In this document: piece by piece, positions 39,376 through 50,489 of the stretch
Layout of the letters: each line of letters opens with the position of its first letter
Position numbering within the stretch: position 1 is the first letter of the stretch
Origin: Tubiluchus corallicola
Lineage: Eukaryota > Animalia > Priapulida
Length of the DNA stretch: 64,000 nucleotides
Assembly (NCBI GenBank): GCA_030141605.1
Contig: JAQGDQ010000178.1
Coordinates: 310,001-374,000 of the forward strand
Direction: 5' to 3'
Program-made: the position numbers and the translations under genes
Notes under the pieces: model-generated
What the model saw: the letters and a program-made list of their open reading frames with translations, nothing else
What the model was told of the DNA's origin: nothing
The model's database searches: none

Positions 39376-40266
39376 ATGGAAGCAGAAACTCTCGTTTACT
39401 TTAAATGCACGGCATGCTCGGAGTGTTTCATGGCTGAAGAAATATTCTTCGCTCACACGCGAACTTGGCATTGCAAGATACTAATCAGTCAAGGGCAGGA
39501 TGTGAGTGGTGAGAGTCCACCAATGGACGCATTGGTGAAGGAGGAACCTGAGGACATAACCAACACAGTCGTTCGAGGCAATGACGTTATCAGTAATAGT
39601 GCAGCCTTGCCATCAAGGTCATCTGAAGATGGTTATCCAAATGCTGTAAAAGATGAATACTCAAGTCAAGCAGTTATTGACAGTGATGTTGAGATAATGG
39701 GGGAATGGATGGATAACATTGTTTGTGAAGAGGCACCACCAAACCAAATATCAAAGACCAACATGTTTTCTGAGACAAATTTACAATCAGCCATTGACCC
39801 TTCTACTGTCCTCACCAGGCAGCCTAGTCCAGGTATATCACAAAATTCTGGCATGCCGTCCTCCAGTTTTCAAGGAACCTTAACGTATGGTGCTAACAGC
39901 AATAATGAAATGCAAAATTCTACATTCATAAATCTGTCACCTCGACAAAGGCAACCTTCATTTCAAACTAAACAAAGGCGGCAGAACACGCCCATCAAAG
40001 GATCTTCCGCAAAGGTCACATATTCCAGTTTTGCACAGAGGAAGAAACCTAATACGACTCCAGATGGCAGTGGTGGTACAATCGAACGGGTTACAGGATT
40101 TGCATGTCGATGGTGCAAGAAAGTCTGCCCTACACCATATCATGTGAAACGTCATGAGAGAGTACACACTGGAGAACGACCTTTCGTATGTGAAATTTGC
40201 TTGAAAAACTTCCAACATAGATGGCAACTCACGAATCATCTTGTTAATAAACACAATCAAACCTGA
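39376..40266 (+). CDS. C2H2 zinc-finger protein, paralogue 2
   Basis: N-terminal YFKCTACSECFMAEEIFFAHTRTWH; C-terminal CRWCKKVC..HERVHTGERPFVCEICLKNF..HLVNKH. Acceptor tccttcttgtttacag at 39340 with an in-frame stop before the ATG. Confidence 0.88.
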   Translation: MEAETLVYFKCTACSECFMAEEIFFAHTRTWHCKILISQGQDVSGESPPMDALVKEEPEDITNTVVRGNDVISNSAALPSRSSEDGYPNAVKDEYSSQAVIDSDVEIMGEWMDNIVCEEAPPNQISKTNMFSETNLQSAIDPSTVLTRQPSPGISQNSGMPSSSFQGTLTYGANSNNEMQNSTFINLSPRQRQPSFQTKQRRQNTPIKGSSAKVTYSSFAQRKKPNTTPDGSGGTIERVTGFACRWCKKVCPTPYHVKRHERVHTGERPFVCEICLKNFQHRWQLTNHLVNKHNQT

Positions 40267-40524
40267 CAACTGCAGAAAGATTTTCACTCATAAACTGGTT
40301 GCTATTTAATTAGAGATGGACACCATTTCTAAAGTTGGGCAACAATTCTAGTTATTGTAATTCATCACACATTCATTACACATAGTTGAGTGCCATTTTA
40401 ATGGCATTGGTGCTCAGTACTTTAGCTGAATAGCAGCCGAGTTTCTTAACCTTTTTCCTAGCCGTTCTCCTTAGTTAGTTAATAATTTCATGTACTTTGT
40501 TTACATTATGAAGGTAAAAACATA

Positions 40525-40742
40525 AGTTTGCAAACCGGGTGGTTAATGCTTGGGAAATTTGAGGCTCATGCTTGCAGACTGGATGGTTCATGCTTGCAAA
40601 CTGGGCGATTCATGCTTGCAAACTGGGCGGTTCATGCTTGCAAACTGGGCAGTTCATGCTTGCAGACTTGATGGTTCATGCTTGCAAACTGGGCGGTTCA
40701 TGCTTGCAAACTGGGCAGTTCATGCTTGCAAACTGGGAGTTT
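40525..40742. repeat. 22-bp minisatellite
   Basis: catgcttgcaaactgggcggtt repeated about 9 times. Confidence 0.9.
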
Positions 40743-41871
40743 CACCTCCAAATGCTTATTCATAAGTTTGAATTACCCACTTTTGGGATCAGGCCAAGTT
40801 ATATATTAGACTTAATTTAATGTTTACTGATTATTTTTTGTAAATATATTTTAAATAAATAACAATGTGCAGTGCACAAAAAAGAAAAAAATAATTATAA
40901 TATTTGAGAGGTTTTTTCAGAATTGCATACTTTTCATTGTTGTGTTATCAAGTTAATTTCTTTGAAATAATTTGTAACAATATTGAGACTTCTCACATAC
41001 ATGTAAATATTAAATAATAATGATTTACTTTCTTTGAATGTTTACTGACCAGTGCTATTTTTAGAAAGTTGACAATAAAAGTTTTGTTGATAATTTTGAT
41101 AGTTTTGTTACAACTGCTTCTATATTTTCCTGTTTGTTCAGACATTGCAACCCCTGTTCCATTCTAGTGTAGTATTACTAGTGCAAGAACTATTCTTCAT
41201 AAGAATGACTGTTTTTGACTCCTTAGGAAAATGAGCTAAATCGACAATTGGAAAAAATTTGATAATTGTGTACATGCTTTAATTAATGCATGATCATAAG
41301 GAGTACACCATAGGATATAATGTTAGTTATGTGCCTCAAATAGCGAAACAAGACAGTGTCAAAGTGCTGAATCATTGTTTTCCCCCAAAGAGTATTCAAC
41401 TTGAACTTCTACTGGCAGCAAGCATATCCAAGCAACTAATACATGCAAGGCCAGGTTATGACCTTTTGGGGCCCCTTTGCAATAATATGGGCCCCCTAAT
41501 ATGGAGCCACCCTCTAGCTTGCCTGCACCTTGAACATTTTTTACTTGTGATACATTTTAGCGACAGTTACATATAGCGTGACGTAAACTTATTGCAAATT
41601 TTTTAAACTAAAATGGTTATGTTTTGTTTGTTGATAAAAATATTCCTCAAGAAATAACACTATTTTACTATTTATTGCAAAACAAATTAGCACATATTTC
41701 AACACAACCGTGGTGTCAATACAGACTTTTTACCAAATGTTACCAAAACTTGAGGGCCCTAAGCTGCAGGCTATATGACATCTTGGCTCTGAAATACATG
41801 AAAGGCTGTCATTGCAAAATTATGAAAACAATATAAAAGCATAAAACATTGCAATAAAAGCAGCACATTAG

Positions 41872-44042
41872 CTATCTTGCATCCAGACAACCTAGAACGC
41901 TATGCAGATGCCGTGTAATACTTTCATGCAAATCTTTAATGATGCTCAACAATGTGAAAATGTTCTGCTTATCAGCCATTAAACATTTTTGCTCAGCTAG
42001 TGCATCTGCTAGAGTCTTGTACAAATGTGTGACATCTAAATAAACATCACTACATATGGGTGGAGAAACTGACTTCACATTCTCCACATATTTTATTAAC
42101 CAAGTGTAATAATCCTCACTCTGAAAATCTGGATTCTTTATGAAGTCATTTTGCATGTCAACCACTATATTACCACTTGATATAATGTCAGTTTCTGATA
42201 CAATGTCATTACTGGCAGCATCTAAAACAGTGTTCATTCTTTTGGTCCTCATAGATTCCATACTTTTTTTGGAACATGGTGTGCTATTTGGCAAATCTGA
42301 GCACGTAAATGCATCATTTTGATCTCCATTACGTTTGCTTGCTTGAGTAGCAGTGGAGAACGTAAGATTAGCCTGAACTTCAGCTACAGTTTGAACCTGG
42401 TGTTCATTTGCTTCTTTATTGTTCATCGACTTGTCCAAATTGTCATTGTCCAAAGGCACTATGGTTTCTGTTAGGATGTTTTTACAGTCCTCAGTTTGAA
42501 TAGCTTGAGTTGTACGAGACAAATTGTTGGAATCTGCTTCTGTCTCAGGTAACTTGATGATTGTTATTAATTCATCACCAGATGCACCTGTAGCCGTAGA
42601 TGTCTCGACTTCGAAGTTTTCTGATACCTGAACAAGAACTTGTTCACCCTGGCCACTGGTTACGTGCATCACTTCATCTGGTCTTTCACTGGTCAGTAAA
42701 GCTACAACTTCTCCTTCTGCCACCTGGTGTAACACGTTGGAAACACTCTCTGCTGACAACATGTTGCCATGTCGTGTTTTAGCTTCGGCATCTTTAAAAA
42801 CAAACTGCAATGCATTGTTCGCATCCTTGTAAATGGAAACATCATCGTGTGGGTGTTTTCGTAGCACATGAGACCGCAGAGCTTCTGCACGTTTGAACGA
42901 TTCCGAACAAAGTAAACAGCTATATTTTTTGAGAGAGTTGTGCTCTCGCACGTGGCGGTGACAACTGGATTGATCGGCAAATGAAACACCACACACTCCG
43001 CACACATACGGCTTAGATCCCGAATGCAGGATCAAATGACGGTTCAAGTCCGATTTCCGTTTAAAAGCTTTTGCACAGCGGTTGCAGGGAAACGGTTTAT
43101 AATCCATGTGCACACGCATGTGAGACTGCACTAGTTCTGGCCGTCTGAAAACTCTACTACAGATGCCACAAGAAAACTTACATCGTTTTGCATGTGAAAA
43201 CATGTGCCGTCTCATCGTGGACTCGCAATTAAATGTCTGACCGCACATTTCACACGAACGTTTGTCATTGTCAGTATGAATTTTCATGTGTTGGACAAAT
43301 CGAAAAGCAGTTTCGCACGCCTTGCCACATACAGTGCAGGTATAACAATCATTACCTGCATGTGCTAAGACATGCTGGTCTAATGTCAGTTTCCGTTTGA
43401 ACCTTTTTCCGCACACACTACACTTATATGGCTTTTTGTCAGAATGGACAACTCGATGCGACTTTAATCTGCGTGCACTTTTAAACTGCATCTTACATAC
43501 GTCACACATGTACAAATTACCTCCTGTGTCAGTGCTACCTGGGAATCGTTTAACATTGTTGCAATCTACGATGGTCAGGCTGCCGTCTTCGCCAAACAAG
43601 TACTTAGATGGCCGACCTACTCTTCTGTTTGCACACGAACTAGTACAAACAGAAATTGTAGGCTTTAAAAGTTTGTCATCTGGCAACATTATTGCATTTT
43701 CAGATGGGTAATGTTTGCGTGGACGACCTCGTTTTGTCTTCCCAAACTTTTTACTGTCGACAAAAGTACTTTTGTCGAGCCTTTCTGTTTTTTCCACCAA
43801 ATGCACTGATAGATTATTGTTTTCATTCTTAGGATCATCTGGTGCTTTGCCATATTTTTCTACGTGTTGGAATTTTTTGGTGCTACTTTTCACCGCTCCT
43901 CCATTTTCATTAATGACCAGCATAGCTGAGATATCTTTGTACTGACTGAAGCAACCACCTGTGCTGGCTGAATCCGTGTTACTTGACTCAAGGCTGATAC
44001 CTTCATTTTCATTTCCTTTTGCTTCATCTCCTTTACCTTCAC
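41872..44042 (-). CDS. Terminal exon of an AT-hook plus 8x C2H2 zinc-finger transcription factor
   Basis: AT-hooks KRGRPRK and RVGRPSK; eight tandem CxxC..H..H fingers with HSDKKPY/HSGSKPY linkers; phase-1 acceptor tttttctgcaaacag at 44043. Confidence 0.9.
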
Positions 44043-45114
44043 CTGTTTGCAGAAAAATATGAGACTTTTTGACTTTCACATAAGCAGCTAGGCCAAGTAT
44101 TCTTTACTTAAACACAGTCATCAATGTTATCACAGTTAAAGACAGAAACAAAGGGATATAATTAGTTTAAAATGCAAACCTGCCTATTTGAATGCAATTC
44201 TTACCATGACCAATATCTCAAAGATCCCAAGCTGATCTGAAGTACCTTTAAACTTCATTTGTAAAACAAGCAACATGCTTATGTAAATGCTTCATGATAA
44301 CAAAAGAGATATGACAGAATAAACCTTAAAGCAAAACCGAATCCAATGTATGTCAAAACAATCTACTCTTTAAAATATTGAAAGGAAACATACTATTTTT
44401 TTCAAAAACGACTTACATGAAAGAATTATTACCACACAAACACAGTTTTTGCATTCACGTTCTTAACTGTTACATGCATTATGCAATTCGCTAGTTAGAT
44501 GGGCACTAGTGCCTGCATTTTGGAAATGCATTACACAAAAAAGGTGCTGTATTTCTCAGTTCAGATGTGTTAGTTTCTGATGAACTACACACATTTGACA
44601 GCTCACGCGTGAGGACAGCGGTAAATTTGAATTTGTGAATTTTTATCTTAAAACTTGCCCGTACAAAACACTGAATGTCTTACAGTAGCACTGTACTTCA
44701 ATTTTCGCTTTCGCAAACACGTGCAACACGCTCGTAGAACATTTTTGTTGTTGAAAATTATGTTAGTTTGTGATGTCATCAATAGTTGGGCTTGCCTGCC
44801 ATTAATTAAGATTTTAATCAATTATTTATTTAGTAGAAATGCTTTTGCAGTATTAATTGTGTTAAAGTGTATACTTTTATTGGACTTGAAAGTGGCGCAG
44901 TATATGAAAAATTGTTTAACACTGAAAAATCTTCCCTTAACTATGTACCTAGCTCGAACATTGCCAAATGCTGAAACATTGTTTTTTTTTCAAAAAAAAA
45001 GTGGAGACACTATACAGCTCGAACTTGTTCTTCCAGCAAACAACTAATACACAACAGCTAGCAGGCAGAAGTATAAGACACTGATAAAGGACTAAAAATG
45101 TAGCACCTTCATTA

Positions 45115-45480
45115 CCTTGTATCGAGACAGTCTAGAACACTTAGACCATTTTGTGCTGGGTAATACTTTCATACAAATCTTTAATAACGTTTAGCAAGGT
45201 GAGAAATTTCTGCTTATTAGCTGTTAAACCTTTTGGCACAGATAGTGCATCAGCTAAAGTCATGTACAAATCTGTGACTTCTAAATAAATGTCACTGCCT
45301 AAGGGTGGAGAAATTGACTTCACATTCTCCATGTAGTTTGTTAACCAAGTGTAATAATTCTGCTCTGAAAATCCAGATTTCTTACAAAGTAATTTTGCAC
45401 ATCAGTCACTGTATTATCACATTATATAGTCTTTCAGCTACAATATCATTACTGGCAGCGTATATAAAACAGCATTTATT
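45115..45480 (-). pseudogene. Degenerate duplicate of the zinc-finger gene's C-terminal domain
   Basis: MENVKSISPPLGSDIYLEVTDLYMTLADAL...LTLLNVIKDLYESITQH aligns with VENVKSVSPPICSDVYLDVTHLYKTLADAL...FTLLSIIKDLHESITRH at 41872-42150; it carries indels and has no fingers. Confidence 0.8.
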
Positions 45481-45610
45481 TTCTTGGTCCGCATAGCAAG
45501 TGTTTACTAACGAATATAATTATTATTAATGCCATCTTAATGAGCCAATGACTTGAAAATATCATTCTTGATGCAGTGTTAATTGCAGAGTACGATAACG
45601 TAAAAATTAC

Positions 45611-45821
45611 CTTGTTCAGCAGCAGTAGTCTTGTCAGCAACAAACTGCTGTTCTGGTGTTGTTATGTAAAAGACCATATGACTGTCCACAGTCTCTCTAT
45701 GGTCCTCATCTAAAACAATAATGACTGTTTCGTTTTCTTCATTGCCATCCATTGCAGCTATTTCTTCCTCGAGTATATGCGCATAAGGAATTTTCTTCTC
45801 AGTAGCAATGTCGTTCAACAT
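45611..45821 (-). CDS. Probable upstream coding exon of the AT-hook/C2H2 gene
   Basis: Acidic ORF MLNDIATEKKIPYAHILEEE...TAAEQ-g|gtaatt; its phase-1 donor matches the phase-1 acceptor at 44043; acceptor near 45843. Confidence 0.6.
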
Positions 45822-48369
45822 TGCAATTACTTTTTTCTATTCCTACAATGTATAAAAAAAACAGTTAATAAATCATTTACAGTGTGTGCGTTCAGGGCAT
45901 TTCCTAGCATTTTAGAATCCAGATCAAGTGCAAATGTTCTTACAGGGCAAAAAGTAGCGATCTATCCTAACCGTTCCATAATTACAGTAGTGGTAGTATT
46001 TATTTAACAAATACTATCATTAAAATTTGCCTAAACTTGTAATTTAACTACTTAAATTAACGAATAATTAAAATTTAGTTGTAAGTAAAGAACCTTAGCA
46101 CGCATGTCGATGTTGCCAAATTTTGCCCAAAGCCACATAAAAATGGCACAGTGAGATGCAGTTCTACAAAATCCAATATTCATTTAACTTCCAGTACAAA
46201 CATAGTGCGCAAAGTAGTACAAAGAACCATATCAAAACATAATAGCAAGAATACTTATGCATAATACAAAACATCAACATTTTTAAATTAATTTCAGAGT
46301 TTTAATTATCTTGAGGATGAAAGAATTCATTAATATCAACATTTTTTTGAAAACATTGAGAAAACAATGTTTTGAAATATGCAAATATCAGTGTTGGAAA
46401 AACCAAAGTTAATAACAGAGATTAGTATGGGTGTAACAACCTTACAATTGAAACAAACAAAAGTGATTCAACATGATAATCATAGAAAATAAATACAGAC
46501 AGACTTAGTAATTCCAAAACTATGTTAAGAGCTTTAGTAAAATGCATATATATTTTGCAAACTGTGTTTAAAAAGACAATGATGAAGCTATGTTTTATAA
46601 AGCATTTATGCCACAGTAATTTCTGTACAGCAAACAAACTTTGATATCATTATTATAAATTTACACAAAAATACAGCTTACAGTTAATTGTATATAATTA
46701 TATAAAATATAATAAACATATAAACTTTCAAAACATGCAAACTCTATAGGAATCTGTAAAGCTTATTAAAGCTGTTGAAAACTTACAACATAACAGAGTT
46801 ATAGAACCCGCAATCTTAATAGTATTCTGCTTTTAAATTATTACCAAAGAAACAGCAACTACATGAAAGAAGTTAAAATTACCCGATTAAGCAGAAAAGA
46901 TATAATATTTTGAGGTAGTGGAATAGTGACAATTTTTTAAAAAAACGTAATTAAAAGCCATGTGCCGGCACAGCTACATATATAATCATTTAGTTTTACT
47001 ATAAAACTCACATAATTCTTGTACAACTTTTACTTCAACACATAAAATAAATTTTAAAATTCCATTAAACCCTGAAACTACTACAAAAAAACAGACCTTA
47101 CACATTAATTAATTAATAAAACAAACTAATTCAGATCTATCCTACACATAATTCAAATTTACAAATAAACAAACTTGAATTTTGATTCAATCTTAACACA
47201 TTGCATGATACATGCTGTAGTCACAGAAACACTGTCAACAGAGGTTAATACCACTGAATGCTTTATTGTAACATAATCAGTACATAAATGTCCAACAGAT
47301 CCAATAAAGTGGATTAACTGACTGTTCAGAGCACAGGTGAGTAAAACAGACAGGTGACTACCAGGTAACAAACTGAAAAACTGACCAAAACCAAAGCTTT
47401 ACATTCCCGCCACAGATGGCGCCTCGTGCACAAATTTGTAAGTAAGATTAACAAAAAAAAGCTAAGTCTGCTACACATGCAATAAATACAAATGGACATA
47501 AATGTAACAGAACATGTAACAAACCATTTATAAAACCTATAAAATTCAAATGTTAATTTCTTTGTACACTTGTATATAAAAAATATTATAATTACATAAA
47601 ATTATTGTTATAAAATAGTTGAATAGTATCCATTTAAAATAGTAAGTGTTTTAAAACATTCTGAGCAATAACAATGGCTATGGATAAAATATCACAATTC
47701 TGATATGAACTTTTGCAAGTTACAATTTATACTTGCTGAGGCTGATGTTTACAGAAATGGTATTATGGGACTTTATAATACACAAGTTTTCTAACACATT
47801 CTGTTAATCACCAAAACAGTGTCGCTGATAAAAATAGATCTGTTATGTAAAATATTGTCTCTGCCAATTAGCGATGTAAAAAATCAGTAAATATGATTTT
47901 CGTAGTAGGCTCTATGCACAATAAACGTGCATAGTACTTCATTGCACTCCTTTAGTTTAATGGCACACACAGACTAGCGAGTTGAATCTCGTGACTTTTT
48001 TCTTTGAGAGTAAATTCAAAAGTGCGAACAGTTACATCGACAAGTTTTTGCAAACTCTCTGAGAATTGCTGCGAGTTCTCTCCGATAGAAGGCACGAGCT
48101 GACAGCCAGCAAAACTCGCCAAGTTTAACTTTCAGAGAGAACTCACGACAGAAAACTTGCTAGTCTGAATGGACGTGCCGTAACTGAAGCTGAAAGATGA
48201 CGGCTTAACAAAAAAATTTATTCTTTTCAGAATATTGTGAATGAAATTTGAATCAGCTATTTGGAAATCCGATTCATAATAATTCATAATATATGGAATT
48301 TCTAGTGTTGCATAATAAAACAAAAAGACTTAGTTTTTATCAGGTAGCATTTGTATTTAACACCTGGGA

Positions 48370-48455
48370 ATTGTTACCAGCAACACTATTCCCCAAACCA
48401 GGGCCTTGCGTCATTAAGGCCATAAGCCTTGGGGAAAAGCGCTGATGGTGACAAT
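48370..48455. repeat. Imperfect hairpin, probably a non-autonomous DNA element remnant
   Basis: tgttaccagcaacactattcccca ... tggggaaaagcgctgatggtgaca are imperfect inverted repeats. Confidence 0.5.
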
Positions 48456-48617
48456 CTCAAGAGTAATAAATGCTCTATTGTCCTCAAACTAGGCATTATT
48501 TGTATATTATTTCAGTTACACATCATCCAAAAGCATATAAAAACATAAAACACAGGTTAGTTTACATATGTATGAGGTAGAGAAATGCTCCAAAAGCTAT
48601 GTCCGTAGAACTTTTGT

Positions 48618-48821
48618 CATTGACAAATGCACTTATTAGGTGGGCAGCACTCTGTGTTCTCCGACACTTCCCCAGGCTCTTCTTTTACCATATCAACAAA
48701 CTGGTGGCTGTCACTTTCCTGAAGATCAAACTTGTGAAAACTGTTGTTCGTCTCATTATCATTACCATCCTCTAGCTTTCTTCTAACGTGCTGAACGTAA
48801 CATATCGACTTTTTATAAGAC
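48618..48821 (-). CDS. Probable terminal coding exon of an unidentified gene
   Basis: After the acceptor ctgcttttttcag the frame reads SYKKSICYVQHVRRKLEDGNDNETNNSFHKFDLQESDSHQFVDMVKEEPGEVSENTECCPPNKCICQ*, followed by a long AT-rich 3'UTR-like tract. It is not in the ORF track. Confidence 0.45.
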
Positions 48822-49007
48822 TGAAAAAAGCAGAAATTTTTATTTTGGCTAATAAAATATCTAATAGTTTCAGGTAATCAGAAAATCAATGAAGAAAAAA
48901 GCAGTCAGGTGAAAATGATCAATAATGTGTAAAAAATTAATGATGGTAGATTTATAGTAGGTCACCCCACTCAAATTTACAGAGCTTTAAGTAATGCTAC
49001 AGTCACA

Positions 49008-49925
49008 CAGTTCTTACAGTGTCTTATGCATTGCCACAGTCACACTGGCATGATAGAGTTCTTATAGCATCTTATGCATTGCCACGGTCACACTGGTGTG
49101 ATATAGTTCTTACAGTGTCTTATGCATTGCCACAGTCACACTGGCATGATATAGTTCTTACAGTGTCTTATGCATTGCCACGGTCACACTGGCATGATAT
49201 AGTTCTTACAGTGTCTTATGCATTGCCACAGTCACATTGGCATGATATAACTCTTACAGTGTTTTATGCATTGCCACGGTCACACTGGCATGATATAACT
49301 CTTACAGTGTTTTATGCATTGCCACGGTCACACTGGCATGATATAACTCTTACAGTGTTTTATGCATTGCCACAGTCACATTGGCATGATATAACTCTTA
49401 CAGTGTCTTATGCATTGCCACAGTCACACTGGCATGATATAGCTCTTACAGTGTCTTATGCATTGCCACAGTCACATTGGCATGATATAACTCTTACAGT
49501 GTTTTATGCATTGCCACGGTCACACTGGCATGATATAACTCTTACAGTGTCTTATGCATTGCCACAGTCACGCTGGCATGATATAGTTCTTACAGTGTCT
49601 TATGCATTGCCACAGTCACGCTGGTATGATATAGTTCTTACAGTGTCTTATGCACTGCCACAGTCATGCTGGTATGATATAGTTCTTACAGTGTCATATG
49701 CATTGCCACAATAATGCTGGCATGATATAGTTCTCACAGAGCCTTATGCACTGCTATGCTCACACTGGCATGATATCCTTTTTACAGTGCCTTATGCATT
49801 GCCACAGTCACAGTAGTATGACATAGTTCTTACAGTGCCTTATGCATTGCCACAGTCACACTAGTATGACATAGTTCTTACAGTGTCTTATGCATTGCCA
49901 CTATCATGCAGACATGATATAGTTT
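49008..49925. repeat. 45-bp minisatellite, about 20 copies
   Basis: Unit ttcttacagtgtcttatgcattgccacagtcacactggcatgatata; source of the 231-aa repeat ORF. Confidence 0.95.
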
Positions 49926-50489
49926 TGTACAATTGAGCTAAACAGTGGTACCAATGCACAGCATCAATGATGTAACTTACCCTTCACCTACTGCATTTAG
50001 GGTGCAAAAACTGCAAACTGCAAACACACCTCAAGTTTATTAATTGATAACATTTTGCTTTAAAGCTGACAGTAACTAAGCACTTCTCCCGTTTAATGTG
50101 TTGCCTACATATAGCTAAAGAGCTTTGTCTGATTTTTTGTGTATTAGTTGCGCTGATTACAATATTGATAAAAAATATTACAGTGGGTATGGCCTCACTA
50201 TGCTAGTAAAAAGAACGAATTGATACTCTTGATTGTTAAACAAACAATGTCTCTGTACTCAACGTTAGTAAGCTGTGCAACTAACTACATTATGAAAAAC
50301 AAACCCATTCAATATAGGCCTAGTGGGTCTAAATAGGATTCAACTAGGATACAGTGACGTGGCTTTTGCCAATTGTTTTTAATACAATGTATTTTTCCAG
50401 GGAAATGCCAAAACTCTTGCAAAATTTCAAACTAAAATATCGTATGGATAGTGCAAAGTATGAAAATGCAAATGTAGGAGTAAATGATG

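Noticed and set aside
49008-49925. 45-bp array as a CRISPR array or as a 231-aa repeat protein (SYALPQSHWHDIVLTV)
   Set aside because: The units are head-to-tail with no unique spacers, there are no cas genes and the context is eukaryotic. The frame is open only because 45 is a multiple of 3 and the unit lacks a stop; it has no ATG start.
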